Source of the DNA: Eledone cirrhosa
Lineage: Eukaryota
NCBI GenBank assembly: GCA_964016885.1
Contig: OZ024752.1
Coordinates: forward strand, 39,494,001 to 39,558,000
Reading direction: 5' to 3'
DNA: 64,000 bases
The first letter of the stretch is position 1, and each line of letters starts with the position of its first letter. A model generated the notes under the pieces. It did no database searches and was not told the origin of the DNA. It saw nothing but the letters and a program-made list of their open reading frames with translations. The translations under genes were made by a program, and so were the position numbers. This document shows positions 53,820 through 64,000 of the stretch, piece by piece.

Positions 53820-54530
53820 AGCAACGGAACCCGGTTCGGAATAAGCGTGTCCGACTCGGCGTCATCCGGGGCCATTGTCGCGCGATCGGCGCACTCAGGG
53901 GCGGGATCCACAGCCAGGTGGCGGGGGAGCTGGTTCCCGGAGAGCGCCAAGATGTGGGTGCCGTAGTCGAGGGTGAAGCGGCCACCCGTTCCGCTACGGA
54001 CCACGATAGTGGGAATAAAGTTTGAGTCCGATGGGATCGGCTGTCTTACTGTAGTACGGACCCGATCCCTTGTCTGCACCAAGGAACGATAGCTTCGCGT
54101 GGCTGCCGGTTGATTCAACCAACAGCCGGCTGGGTCCGAGAGTTGCGGCCTTTGTGGTAGGGTCTTTGCCACGGTGTCCGGAGTGTCGCAGCACATGCGG
54201 CACCGACACCCCGACGAGTCGAACGCAAGACGTATCGCCAGTTATTCCAAGGAACTGGCTGAGAAAAGCGAGAAACGTGCCCAGGAGGGGGGGGGGGGGG
54301 CGAGCTCGGCCAAGGTGAGATCCTACGGGAGGTCGCCATCGATGGGCCCGAAAGGTCTAAAACAAAGCAAAGGAGGCGCCCCGAGGGCGTGTTCAATCAC
54401 GTAACATCGCCATGGTGTTACAAAGAGTGCGCCTGCAGAGGAATCTCTGGAACGCACCGCCACCAACCCCAAGATCGCTCAAAGCTGCCTCGGCCGCGAC
54501 GGACCAGCTTCCACAAGCCCCATATGGCCC
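53820..54530 (-). mobile_element. GC-rich degenerate TE remnant, possibly a LINE ORF1/gag with a broken zinc knuckle
   Basis: Sharp GC island; minus strand CRMC and frameshifted GHRGKD resemble a CCHC knuckle; no clean ORF. Confidence 0.3.
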
Positions 54531-54535
54531 CGTAT

Positions 54536-55035
54536 GGCGGATTTGAACTCAGAATGCAAAGGGCCGTAACTATGCCACAAAGTATAATGTCCGACGTTCT
54601 AACGATAATAATAATGTTTCTGATCTTGGCACAAGGTCAACAATTTTTAGGGGAGGGGAAAAGTCGATTAACTCGACCCCAGTAATTTACTGGTACTTTA
54701 TTTTATTCCCCTTGTAAGGATGAAAGGCAAAGTTAAACTCGGCGGGATTTGAACTCAGAAGGTAAAGCGCCGTAACTCTATGCTGCAAAGCATGGCGTCC
54801 GACATTACTGATACTGCCAATAATGATTTCTACTATAGGCACAAGACAGCAATTTGGGGGGAGGGCAAAGTCGATTAAATTGACCTTAGTGTATTACTGG
54901 TACTTTATTTTATCGATCCCGTAAGGGTGAAAAGCAACACTATCTTCGACAGGATTTGAACTCAATGCAAAGAGTCATAACTATATGCCACCAAACATGT
55001 CCAACTCTCTACCGATTCTGCCAATTCATCGCCCT
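54536..55035 (-). mobile_element. Cluster of SINE-A copies/fragments
   Basis: Family match, variant with gtcgattaa.tcgacccc insert. Confidence 0.8.
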
Positions 55036-55790
55036 GCCACTCAAAATAATAATGGTAGTATACAGTTATGGTAGAAACGACTTGCTCAAAGTATTGCGGA
55101 GAGGGTAAAGGACCGTGAACTACATAGTTGCGAAATGAATTTAACTACACGGTCATGCCTCAACAAAATAGAAATCTATACATCAAACATTTTCTCAAAT
55201 GATTTTGAAAATACTAAATGATTTTAAAACATTTAAGACCGCGAAGCAAGCCTTTGCCAAACGAAAATTGCCCAGTTCTGTGATATTCAGTTTCAGAAAA
55301 CAATTACGCAACCCTTAAAGAAAGCGTATGGCTGATCGTGCAAATTATAGCTCACAAAGTTTATCTTTGATTACTTGAGCTTAATAAAAACATTTTTAAA
55401 AAAGCGGAAAAAAATACAACTACCTTAGTTTATCAAATGACATGAAAAGTATTTCGGCGTTGTGTTACAACAGACATTGAAGCTTTAATATTAACGACCT
55501 ATATAAAATGGCACTTTAACGATATTCTTTAATCTTTAGCATGGTCCGTTAATAATACAATTATATTTAGTGCGGTCCGATATTTTTAAACAGTTGAAAT
55601 TGAAATTTTTTTAATTATATATACAAAAAACAGGTCATTTAAGCATTTCCCTATAAATTTAAAAACAATTGTATATTTTACAAATACTATATACACATAA
55701 AAATGAAATTTTAAAGAGACGAGGGTTTGTATTGCCGCAAAATAACAACAAATAAAAACAAAATAATAATAAAAAGGAGAACCGTAAAAT

Positions 55791-56744
55791 CTATGACCCT
55801 TGTTCAGATGAATCCAAATCGTTTTGGGAGCCATCGATAGACAATATATCGAAGACTTTCACATTTTCCGATCCAAATTCAGTTAAAAGTAGCTTTGATC
55901 CGTCAGGAGTGACAAAAATAGATCCAGGATTCGAAATTGCATTTGGCTTCGTTTTTAGAATGGTGTGGAGCTTCCCCGTTGACGTAATGCAATAAATTTC
56001 ATTTCTTAGCCTACAGGCTACGTAAATATATCCATTTTGATCTACTGAAACACCAGACGGACATTTTAAACTACTGTCAATTCCTTGGTAGAAGAACTTT
56101 ATATCTCCTCTTAAACTGCAGCGAATTAATGCCTGGTAGCCATCAGTTCGTACTTCACTAAGGAGGATGTCACCTAAAGGGTGTACAGCTAAATAAGAAG
56201 GAAATAAAACATGGTGACCATTGGATGAGAACTGAGAGAAGCTGTGTAGCACATGGCCCCTATAATTTATGACATCTATGTAGCCTGGGTAACCACATTT
56301 CCCACAAATTAATGAATTATTAACAGCTTCAATAAGAGCATAATCTTTAGCAGTGGGAATGTCATGAGTTGGAAATAGCTGGTGTCCAAGTTTTACGATA
56401 AACGTAATTGTATATGATCCTTGTAAAGTGACTACAATTTCTCCACCAGGTGTAATGCATGCCCTCCTAGGAGATAACTGAAGAGTTAGCATGCTCAAAC
56501 AAACACCTTCAGCATTAAACGTTTTTAGGTTTTTATTAGAATTGTCAACTGCAATAATATGAGGGCCTTGGCTCAGTATTGTTGTCAGACAGCATGTTGT
56601 AGTATCAGAAGGAAGTCGTGCTGAAAAGGAGCGTAACAATTGCAAAGCACACATTGATGACTGTTCTAGAAGTGGGTCTTCTTCGCTGTTTTCTTCTATC
56701 TTCTTGAAACAAGGTTCGAAAGCAAAAGCAAAATTAAATACCAC
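55791..56744 (-). CDS. NHL-repeat / six-bladed beta-propeller coding exon (TRIM-NHL-like C-terminal domain)
   Basis: Intact 317-codon ORF with repeats IIAVDNSNKNLKTFN.EG, PRRACITPGGEIVVT, PSYLAVHPLGDILLSE, PSGVSVDQNGYIYVA, NPGSIFVTPDGSKLLL. True start uncertain (ATG at 56654, or a splice acceptor before 56702). Confidence 0.8.
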   Translation of the reverse strand: MVFNFAFAFEPCFKKIEENSEEDPLLEQSSMCALQLLRSFSARLPSDTTTCCLTTILSQGPHIIAVDNSNKNLKTFNAEGVCLSMLTLQLSPRRACITPGGEIVVTLQGSYTITFIVKLGHQLFPTHDIPTAKDYALIEAVNNSLICGKCGYPGYIDVINYRGHVLHSFSQFSSNGHHVLFPSYLAVHPLGDILLSEVRTDGYQALIRCSLRGDIKFFYQGIDSSLKCPSGVSVDQNGYIYVACRLRNEIYCITSTGKLHTILKTKPNAISNPGSIFVTPDGSKLLLTEFGSENVKVFDILSIDGSQNDLDSSEQGS

Positions 56745-57239
56745 CCGTGTCTCTTTATTTCGTTATATACGATATTTGTCTGTGAAAAAACAAAAACAAC
56801 AAAAAAAAAAAAAACGTTCTGCCTACTTTTTTAGATGAAGGGGTGGAATTTAATTATTGTACAGGTAAGATGGCTTTGTTAAAGATATTTCCACCCATTT
56901 ACACATAAATTGTTTGTTAAATGTAAGCTTGAAAGGCAAAGGTTCAAAACTCGCTTAATTCATTAAAACGACGTATTTCAAATTAAGAATATTTATGAAA
57001 ACAATATCCTCTGACATAAATATGGTATTCACAGTTTTATAACTAATATTATTATAAACTGTTTATAATTTTTACAGAATGAAATTATAATCACATATAA
57101 TAAATACAATTAATTATTGCTAGAAACCTTACAAATATAATTGTTTCTACGTTTGGCACAAGGCCAGCAATTATCCCAGTACTTCACTGGTGCTTTATTT
57201 TATCGACCTCATATATATATATATATATGATGTATGTAT

Positions 57240-57310
<71 letters not shown>

Positions 57311-57475
57311 CATATAAGGTTAGGCTGAAAACTTCTTAGGCTGACAAAGATACTCGAAAGAAACAATGCAGTTAGTAATAAGGAGAGTTGAAATTAATGC
57401 AAGCAAGATTTCACAGCTCTAGCATCACTCCTTCATACTCAACCTATAATCTTTTCAGCCTACTCTTGTATATAC

Positions 57476-57525
<50 letters not shown>

Positions 57526-57528
<3 letters not shown>

Positions 57529-57760
57529 GGAGGTGAATTTTATTGTAGTACAATAAAGCAATGCAGATATCGGATAAGAAGCACTCTACAGTTTGTAGGA
57601 CTGGAGTATACATAATATATAAGAACAAAACTACTTCTCATATGTTGATTTAAAACTGAACTATCCACATGTGTTTTTTAACCTTCATATCATGTCTTCC
57701 TGTTTTATCTGATGAAAACACAAATATTATTGCATGATGATATTTGTTTTTGAAATGCGC

Positions 57761-57766
<6 letters not shown>
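57526..57766. mobile_element. Family F7 element with HHR at 57703-57766 (+)
   Basis: ttttat CTGATGA aaac-acaaatattat..gatatttgt-tttt GAAA tgcgca TA ata then (TA)n; inverted terminal segment at the left. Confidence 0.8.
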
Positions 57767-57814
<48 letters not shown>

Positions 57815-57824
57815 AGTAGTAGTA

Positions 57825-58025
57825 ATAATTGTTTCTACTTTTGGCACAAGGCCAGCAGCAATTACCCAGTACATTACTGGTACTTTATTTTATTATTTTA
57901 TCGACCCTGTAAGGATGAAAGGCAAAGTTAACCTCGGTGGGATTTGAACTCAGAACGTAAATAGACGTAACTGTGCTGCAAGGCTTGGTGTCCGACCGTA
58001 TACCGATGCTGCCAATCCACCGCCT
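57825..58025 (-). mobile_element. SINE-A copy (fragment also at about 57137-57210)
   Basis: Family match. Confidence 0.85.
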
Positions 58026-59419
58026 TTAAATGTTAATGAAGGCTTTTCTTCTATGGAAATAATCATCTTTGAAAATATTCTTTTCCTGTATACGATCTTC
58101 AAGACATTCACCAACTCGGTAAAATGAATGGGCTGGAATTCTGCAGGTAATTCTTTTGTTGCTTCGATATTTGAACTCGTTGTCTCATCAGTTACCTTAA
58201 CACATCGATATTTAGTGGAAGACTTATACGAGGGTCAGCTGAAAAGTTAAAATCTGACTATGAAGGATTGATGCTAGACCTGTGAAATCTTGCATGCTTT
58301 AATTTCAACTCTTCTTATCAATAACTGCATTGTTTTTTTTTCCAGACACTATGTTAAAAATTAAACCTCATTTGGTCATTCCATGAGAGTATCATGGTCA
58401 GTCTACGAAGGAGTGACGCTAAGGCTGTGAAGTCTTGCATGCTTTAATTTCAACTCTTCTTATCAATAACTGCATTGTTTTTTTTTCCAGAGACTATGTT
58501 GAAAATTAAACCTCATTTGGTCATTCCATGAGAGTATCATGGTCAGCCTATGAACCTTTTTGATTTGGATAGAGGATGGAAACTCCACTACTATGTGTTG
58601 CGCCAGAAATGACTACACATGTGGGAGTGCGGATACTCACAGACCCCGGCTCTCAGAACCTAACATGGACTGGATCCCATTGGTGGGGAGGATTTGCCAT
58701 TTGAAACTTAGTCTGAAAGTCAGGTCTCTGTGAGTGGTGCAACTTTAAGCACCCTACTATGTTTTTCATAAATGACACATTGCATAATGCAATCCGGGAT
58801 ACAACACGCCTGACCCTAAAATATGGGCTGTTCATAGCTGAAATGCCTTCGATCATAGGTCTACGGGTGCAAGTTTGATCTGCGGCTAAACAACAACAAC
58901 AACAATAACACTCAATATTTACCTAAATAACGGTTTTGTTAAAACGAAGTAAAAACAGACAGGCGTGTTTCGGGGATTACGGCTTAATGAGAAATGTATA
59001 CTTTAGACCGCCCACAGTTCAGCTGAGTTTCGTCAAAGTTCAGCCACTGAGTTGTTTAGAAGCTATGATCCTGTAATAATGATTTCCGTTATGTGAGCAA
59101 CTCTCGTTTAACCGGTTGAGCAAGTCGTCGTTTTTCTGATTAAACGAATCAAAAAGTCCCAAAATAGCATCTCGCTTTGAGAGCGTAAGAAAATAGGCTG
59201 TACACTCGCTCTACGCTTATTCTAGAGGTTTGTGGCTGACCGAACTGTAGGTGATTTCTGAGAGGTTACTATTTCACTGGACATTAGAACTGATTCAAAG
59301 AAAATCTATCAATCTAAGCGGTAGGTGTTTTATTATTGCTTTTGTTTGATTTTATTATTGTTTTTGTGTTTATTAATTTCTGATAACTTTAACGAGGCAT
59401 TAATATTTAATAAATATAA

Positions 59420-59422
59420 TGA

Positions 59423-59505
<83 letters not shown>

Positions 59506-59512
59506 GTGTGTG

Positions 59513-59553
<41 letters not shown>

Positions 59554-59556
59554 ATG

Positions 59557-59591
<35 letters not shown>

Positions 59592-60102
59592 GTATATGTA
59601 TATATATGTGTATGTATATGTATATATGTTTATATATGTGTATGTATATACATATGTATGTATATGTATGTATATGTATATATATATATATATATACACA
59701 TATATTTGTATATATATTTATATATGTATATGTATATATATATATATGTATATATGTATATGTATATGTATATATGTATATGTATATGTATATATGTATA
59801 TATATATATGTATATACATATATGTATATATATATGTATATACATATATGTATATATATATGTATATACATATATGTATATTTATATGTATATACATATA
59901 TGTATATATATATATGTGTATATATATATATATGTATATATATATGAATATATATATATATGTATGTATATATATGTGTATATATATATGAATATATATA
60001 TATATGGATGTATATATATGTGTGTACTTATACATGTGTATATATATATATGTATATATATGTGTGTGTTTATATATATGTGTATATACATGTGTATTTA
60101 TA

Positions 60103-60148
<46 letters not shown>

Positions 60149-60212
60149 TATAAATACACATGTATATACACATATATATAAACACACACATATATATATA
60201 TATATATACATA
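59420..60212. repeat. (TA)/(TG)/(TATG) compound microsatellite
   Basis: Direct reading; similar tracts at 737-990, 26235-26600, 31950-32340 and 38658-39165. Confidence 0.95.
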
Positions 60213-60265
60213 TAGAATAAGTAAAAGCGAAGTAGTTTCAGATGTTCAAGTCCTTTAATAATGAT

Positions 60266-60339
60266 GCTGTGATATATATTTCAATGACGACACTGGCCAC
60301 ACTGTTCTGTGTGCGAGTGTCGTGACATCATCAGACAGC
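60266..60339 (-). ncRNA. Type I hammerhead ribozyme with a long stem II in a ~225-bp insert between TA-rich tracts
   Basis: gctgt CTGATGA tgtc-acgacact-cg-cacac-agaaca-gtgtg-gcc-agtgtcgt-catt GAAA tatata TC acagc. Confidence 0.85.
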
Positions 60340-60484
60340 TTGTTACATAATAAGGTTGTTTCCGAGGCAATCCAAATTGAATCGACATGGGAACGGATGA
60401 AGTTCGTGCTTTTGGGTTTTTCATCCGTTCCCTTGTGATATATATATACACATGTATATGTACACACATATATATGTACATATA

Positions 60485-60531
<47 letters not shown>

Positions 60532-60538
<7 letters not shown>

Positions 60539-60710
60539 TGAGATTCTACAGGACTAGAACTGTTTCATTCATTAGAAATCATCATGATGATTTCTAATGA
60601 ATGAAACAGTTCTAGTCCTGTAGAATCTCATCTATATTAAAACTTTTATACTCTGCTATGTATTGAGTACCTTACTTACTGTGGTTACCTCCGATTCAAC
60701 CCGGAATAAC

Positions 60711-60712
<2 letters not shown>
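60532..60712 (+). mobile_element. Family F2 fold-back copy: perfect 106-bp palindrome (60532-60637) plus tail
   Basis: Centre tcatca|tgatga lies at the first base of the HHR core; the tail matches the reverse complement of 22495-22580. Confidence 0.85.
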
Positions 60713-60778
<66 letters not shown>

Positions 60779-61079
60779 GGCTAAAGCCCGACACGTTGAA
60801 TCTTCTTTCCCTTTTTCCATATAAAGTGTGAAACTGATAACACTTTTTGTATCTCTGTTTTGTTGTTTCATTGAACTATATATAAGAAAGAGAGATTTAT
60901 TTAATTATATCTCATATAAAATAATACAACCAGCTATCCACGGAATACTATATAGTTAGCACCCCAAACATTTAATTGGAATTATACTTAGGTATATCCT
61001 AATGTTTGTTGAGTGAGATGGAGTTGGTCAGAGTATCGCTTAAAGCTTTCTCTGTTAATGTATTAAATATATATATATA

Positions 61080-61265
61080 AGAGAGTATTGAAGTTTGCTT
61101 GAAGCATTGTGGAATAATAGGTAAATATCTTTAAGTCGTTTGGAAACCTCGACAATGCAAATGGGTAAATCTCCGGGTAACAAGATCCGGATTTTGTTAC
61201 TTATTACCCGGAGATTTACCCATTTGCATTGTCGTAGCTTCCAAACGACTTAAAGATATTTACCA
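61080..61265. mobile_element. Fold-back element (~60-bp arms, ~23-bp spacer) between TA tracts
   Basis: 61120-61180 is inverted at 61204-61265; no HHR core found. Confidence 0.65.
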
Positions 61266-61984
61266 TATATATATATATATATAATCAGAAACTGAAAACA
61301 TCACAAAATAGATGACACAGGACCAAGTTAATTGGCCATATGCCATAATATAAAAGACCTGTCCTGTACAAGCACTGTAACACTAAAAGTAAATATTTTG
61401 GGTGATCTGAGCTTATAGCGTTGGCAATCAAACGGAGAAAATGTAGGGATTAAGATGACCCCTTTCGTCTGGATTATCATCTAACATCTCCTCTGGTGCT
61501 GGTGTCACGATACAATTCACTTAGTACATATTTTAAGGTGGTTGGCGTTAGGGAAGGCATCTAACCATAGATTTTATGTGAAATATGAACAAGTTGGTGT
61601 CATCCGACCCGTCTGATCTCGAACCCTGACAACCTGTCCCAACCATGTCAACATGGAAAGCGGGTGTAAAATTATGAAAAATGACACACACACACACACG
61701 CACACGCGCACGCGCGCACACACACACACAATATATATATATAGTGAAGGCGTGTGGCTGAGTGGTTAGAGAATTGGATTCACAATCTTGAGGTTGTGAG
61801 TTCGAGTCCCGGACCGGTCGATGCGTTATGTCCTTGAGCAAGACATTTTATTTTTCGTGTTGCTCCTTCTACCTGGAGTTGCGACCGATAGATAGTATTA
61901 GCAACTGGAAAGACCGATGGAAACATTGTTTCCTCGGTCCGATTTGACGAAAGTCGATCGTTCCTTTTTTTATATATATATATA

Positions 61985-62377
61985 GATACGATATATTAAC
62001 AAATGGAAATTATATTTATAAAACCATATTTATTTCATTATACATATTTCAAGGACACCAAGTCATATTATGGTGCGCTTTCATCAGATAAAATATAATA
62101 TAGATCAGTTTTATAAATAAATATTGACATACCCTTAAAGAATGCGACCATTTCTGTTGATTTATAAAACTGATCTATATTATATTTTATCTGATGAAAG
62201 CGCACCATAATTTGACTTGGTGTCCTTGAAATATGTATATTGAAATAAATATGGTTTTATAAATATAGTTTCCATTTGTTAATATATCGTATTTTTACTC
62301 CAATAATTTGTTGAGTGGTTTATATCAGTTATAAAAATATTTGCTTGTTGTATCCCAACAAATTAAATATAACTTCT

Positions 62378-62378
<1 letters not shown>
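61985..62378 (+). mobile_element. Family F3 fold-back copy with an HHR in both arms (about 62183-62248 +)
   Basis: Arms about 61985-62119 and 62160-62292; CTGATGA aagc-gcacca...tggtgt-cctt GAAA tatgta TA ttgaaata; tail homologous to 24554-24641. Confidence 0.85.
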
Positions 62379-62447
<69 letters not shown>

Positions 62448-62562
62448 GTATTTTACCTTAATTCTTGCGTTCTAGTCTAAGGTATAAGTTGAATATGTCC
62501 TTGAGCAAGACACTTTATTTCATATATATATATATATATATGACGGCGAATTAGCAAACTCG

Positions 62563-62879
62563 TCAGGACTGTTTCATTCAAAAGAAATCCTCTGATGAAT
62601 TCTTTTGAATGAATCAGTTCTAGTCCCGTAGAAGCCATTTCTATATTAAACTTCATTTTTAGCACTCTAGAAATATATTGAGTACCTTACTAACTGTGGT
62701 TACCCCCCATTGAGCCCGGGACTCATATATATATATATATATATATAAAACGAAGGAAGTGTGGTAAGGAACCAGGTGGACCATAACGCACCAGAGTACC
62801 CGATACTATGGGTAGTAGAGTGGGTAATAGGAAAAGAGTCAGGATCCGAAGGCCGGAGCTCAGCCGTCGGGGTCCTGAC
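62563..62879. mobile_element. Adjacent F2 copy (62563-62724, HHR with GAAT substitution) and F1 copy (62748-62879) separated by (TA)n
   Basis: CTGATGA attc-tttt-gaat GAAt cagttctagtcccg TA gaagcc with a short inverted arm; the F1 copy folds back at gagctc. Confidence 0.75.
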
Positions 62880-63351
62880 GATCAAATTGGAGTTCTAGGA
62901 AGTATCGATTTCTTTGAACTCGCTTTCCAACATTGTGCTGCTAGCAATAACAGCTGGGTCATTTTCGTGAAAGAGGCTCTCTCCAAATGTAATTTTCCAG
63001 TTTCTCATTTCTATTTGCTATGATGAAATTTCCTATTTCATGCATCAAAGAAGCATAGTAGCGTTACCAACAGTGTTTCTTTCCTTAATATCAATCGGGA
63101 ATATACTCCTATAAGTCCTTGCCGTCTCCTATAGTAGCCATCCCTTTTTTTAATCAGGGCGAGAGCCTGGACTTTTTATGGAGGGGTTCACCTCGATGAT
63201 ACCGTTGAGTGGATTGTCTTTTGGACAGAGGATTACAATGCAAGACCTTAGATCTGAAATCAAATCCTCACAGGGTCTATTTTGCTTGCTTTTCAAGCTA
63301 GAAAACTATCGTTTCTGTCGTTCAGTCACATACAGCAAACTTAATATTTAA

Positions 63352-63572
63352 CCCTTTAGCATTTAAACAGACCATATCCGGCCAGAATTCTCCCACTTTT
63401 TTTTGTTTAATCAGACCATAAGTAGTTGCTTATAGTTATTTTAAGGTATTGTTCTCAAAATAAATAATATCAAAATCTCATAGATTCGATATTATGTGAG
63501 ATAATTATGTGAAGTAAAGTCTTTACTGTGAAAATACAATAGTATATATAGAGTAATGTAAATGCTAAAGGG
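63352..63572. mobile_element. Intact piggyBac-type MITE (~220 bp)
   Basis: TTAA-ccctttagcattta ... taaatgctaaaggg-TTAA (14-bp perfect TIR, TTAA TSD). Confidence 0.85.
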
Positions 63573-64000
63573 TTAAAAGGAAACACTAAAAAATCAGTGG
63601 ATTTATATGTTTAAAAATGGATTATTATGGCAAATATTCACTTAAGGATTAAATATTCACTAAAGAATTATTGTGAAGTGACAGAATTGACTGAATTAAA
63701 AGCGTTTTACTAGATACATTCAGTATCCAAAACACACAATTCTGTATATAGAGTGTTCGGGGCTGGCTTAACCTTTTATCTATCCCGAATTAGTAAAATA
63801 AATGCCGTTAATATTTATATTTTTGCAAGTATTGTTTTTGTGTTTAGTTAAAAGAAATGATGATATTTTTTATTACAAAAGTACTATAAATTAAAGTTAA
63901 GCTCTTGATAAATAAAATCTGCAATTCGAATCTTATTTCTAGCTGCAATCATTTTACCCATATGTCACTAAAAAAGAGGTCAATTATTAGAGCACTTGCG

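Noticed and set aside
58030-58200. Short open frame on the minus strand as an upstream exon of the NHL gene, and a CTGATGA...GAAG motif
   Set aside because: No recognisable domain or clear splice sites; the HHR core and stem III are incomplete
60775-60803. aagggctaaagcccgacacgttga
   Set aside because: Resembles the minimal HHR at 34057 but lacks the 5' core and has GACA; remnant only
61744-61815. tRNA gene
   Set aside because: A and B boxes are present but there is no full cloverleaf, and it continues into a body repeated three times in the window, so it is a SINE head

Overview
AT-rich, intron/intergenic animal DNA dominated by microsatellites and mobile elements; the repeat content suggests a coleoid cephalopod (octopod-like), which is an inference. 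The only convincing host coding sequence is an NHL-repeat beta-propeller exon at 55791-56744 (-). Positions 3.8-20.7 kb are a G-poor (CA)m(TC)nT compound satellite. It creates the spurious ~4,900-aa ORFs and contains a 200-N gap with an apparent contig-overlap duplication. Other TEs are R4/Dong-like, CRE-like and RTE-like LINE fragments, a non-autonomous Helitron, piggyBac- and mariner-type MITEs, and about 30 tRNA-SINE copies. The main signal, not visible in the ORF track, is a dense population of type I hammerhead ribozyme (HHR) motifs between 22 and 63 kb: about 20 copies in roughly 10 sequence families, most with short palindromic stem III. They sit in small non-coding elements inserted in (TA)n tracts, usually as fold-back structures whose inversion point differs per copy and often falls inside the ribozyme. 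One is a near-identical 557-bp HHR monomer array (3 copies tandem plus 2 inverted), a retrozyme/circular-RNA candidate. Three truncated Penelope-like (PLE) RT/GIY-YIG fragments lie in the same cluster, and one ends in the same HHR module as two of the small elements. All coordinates and folds were read by eye and may be off by a few bases.
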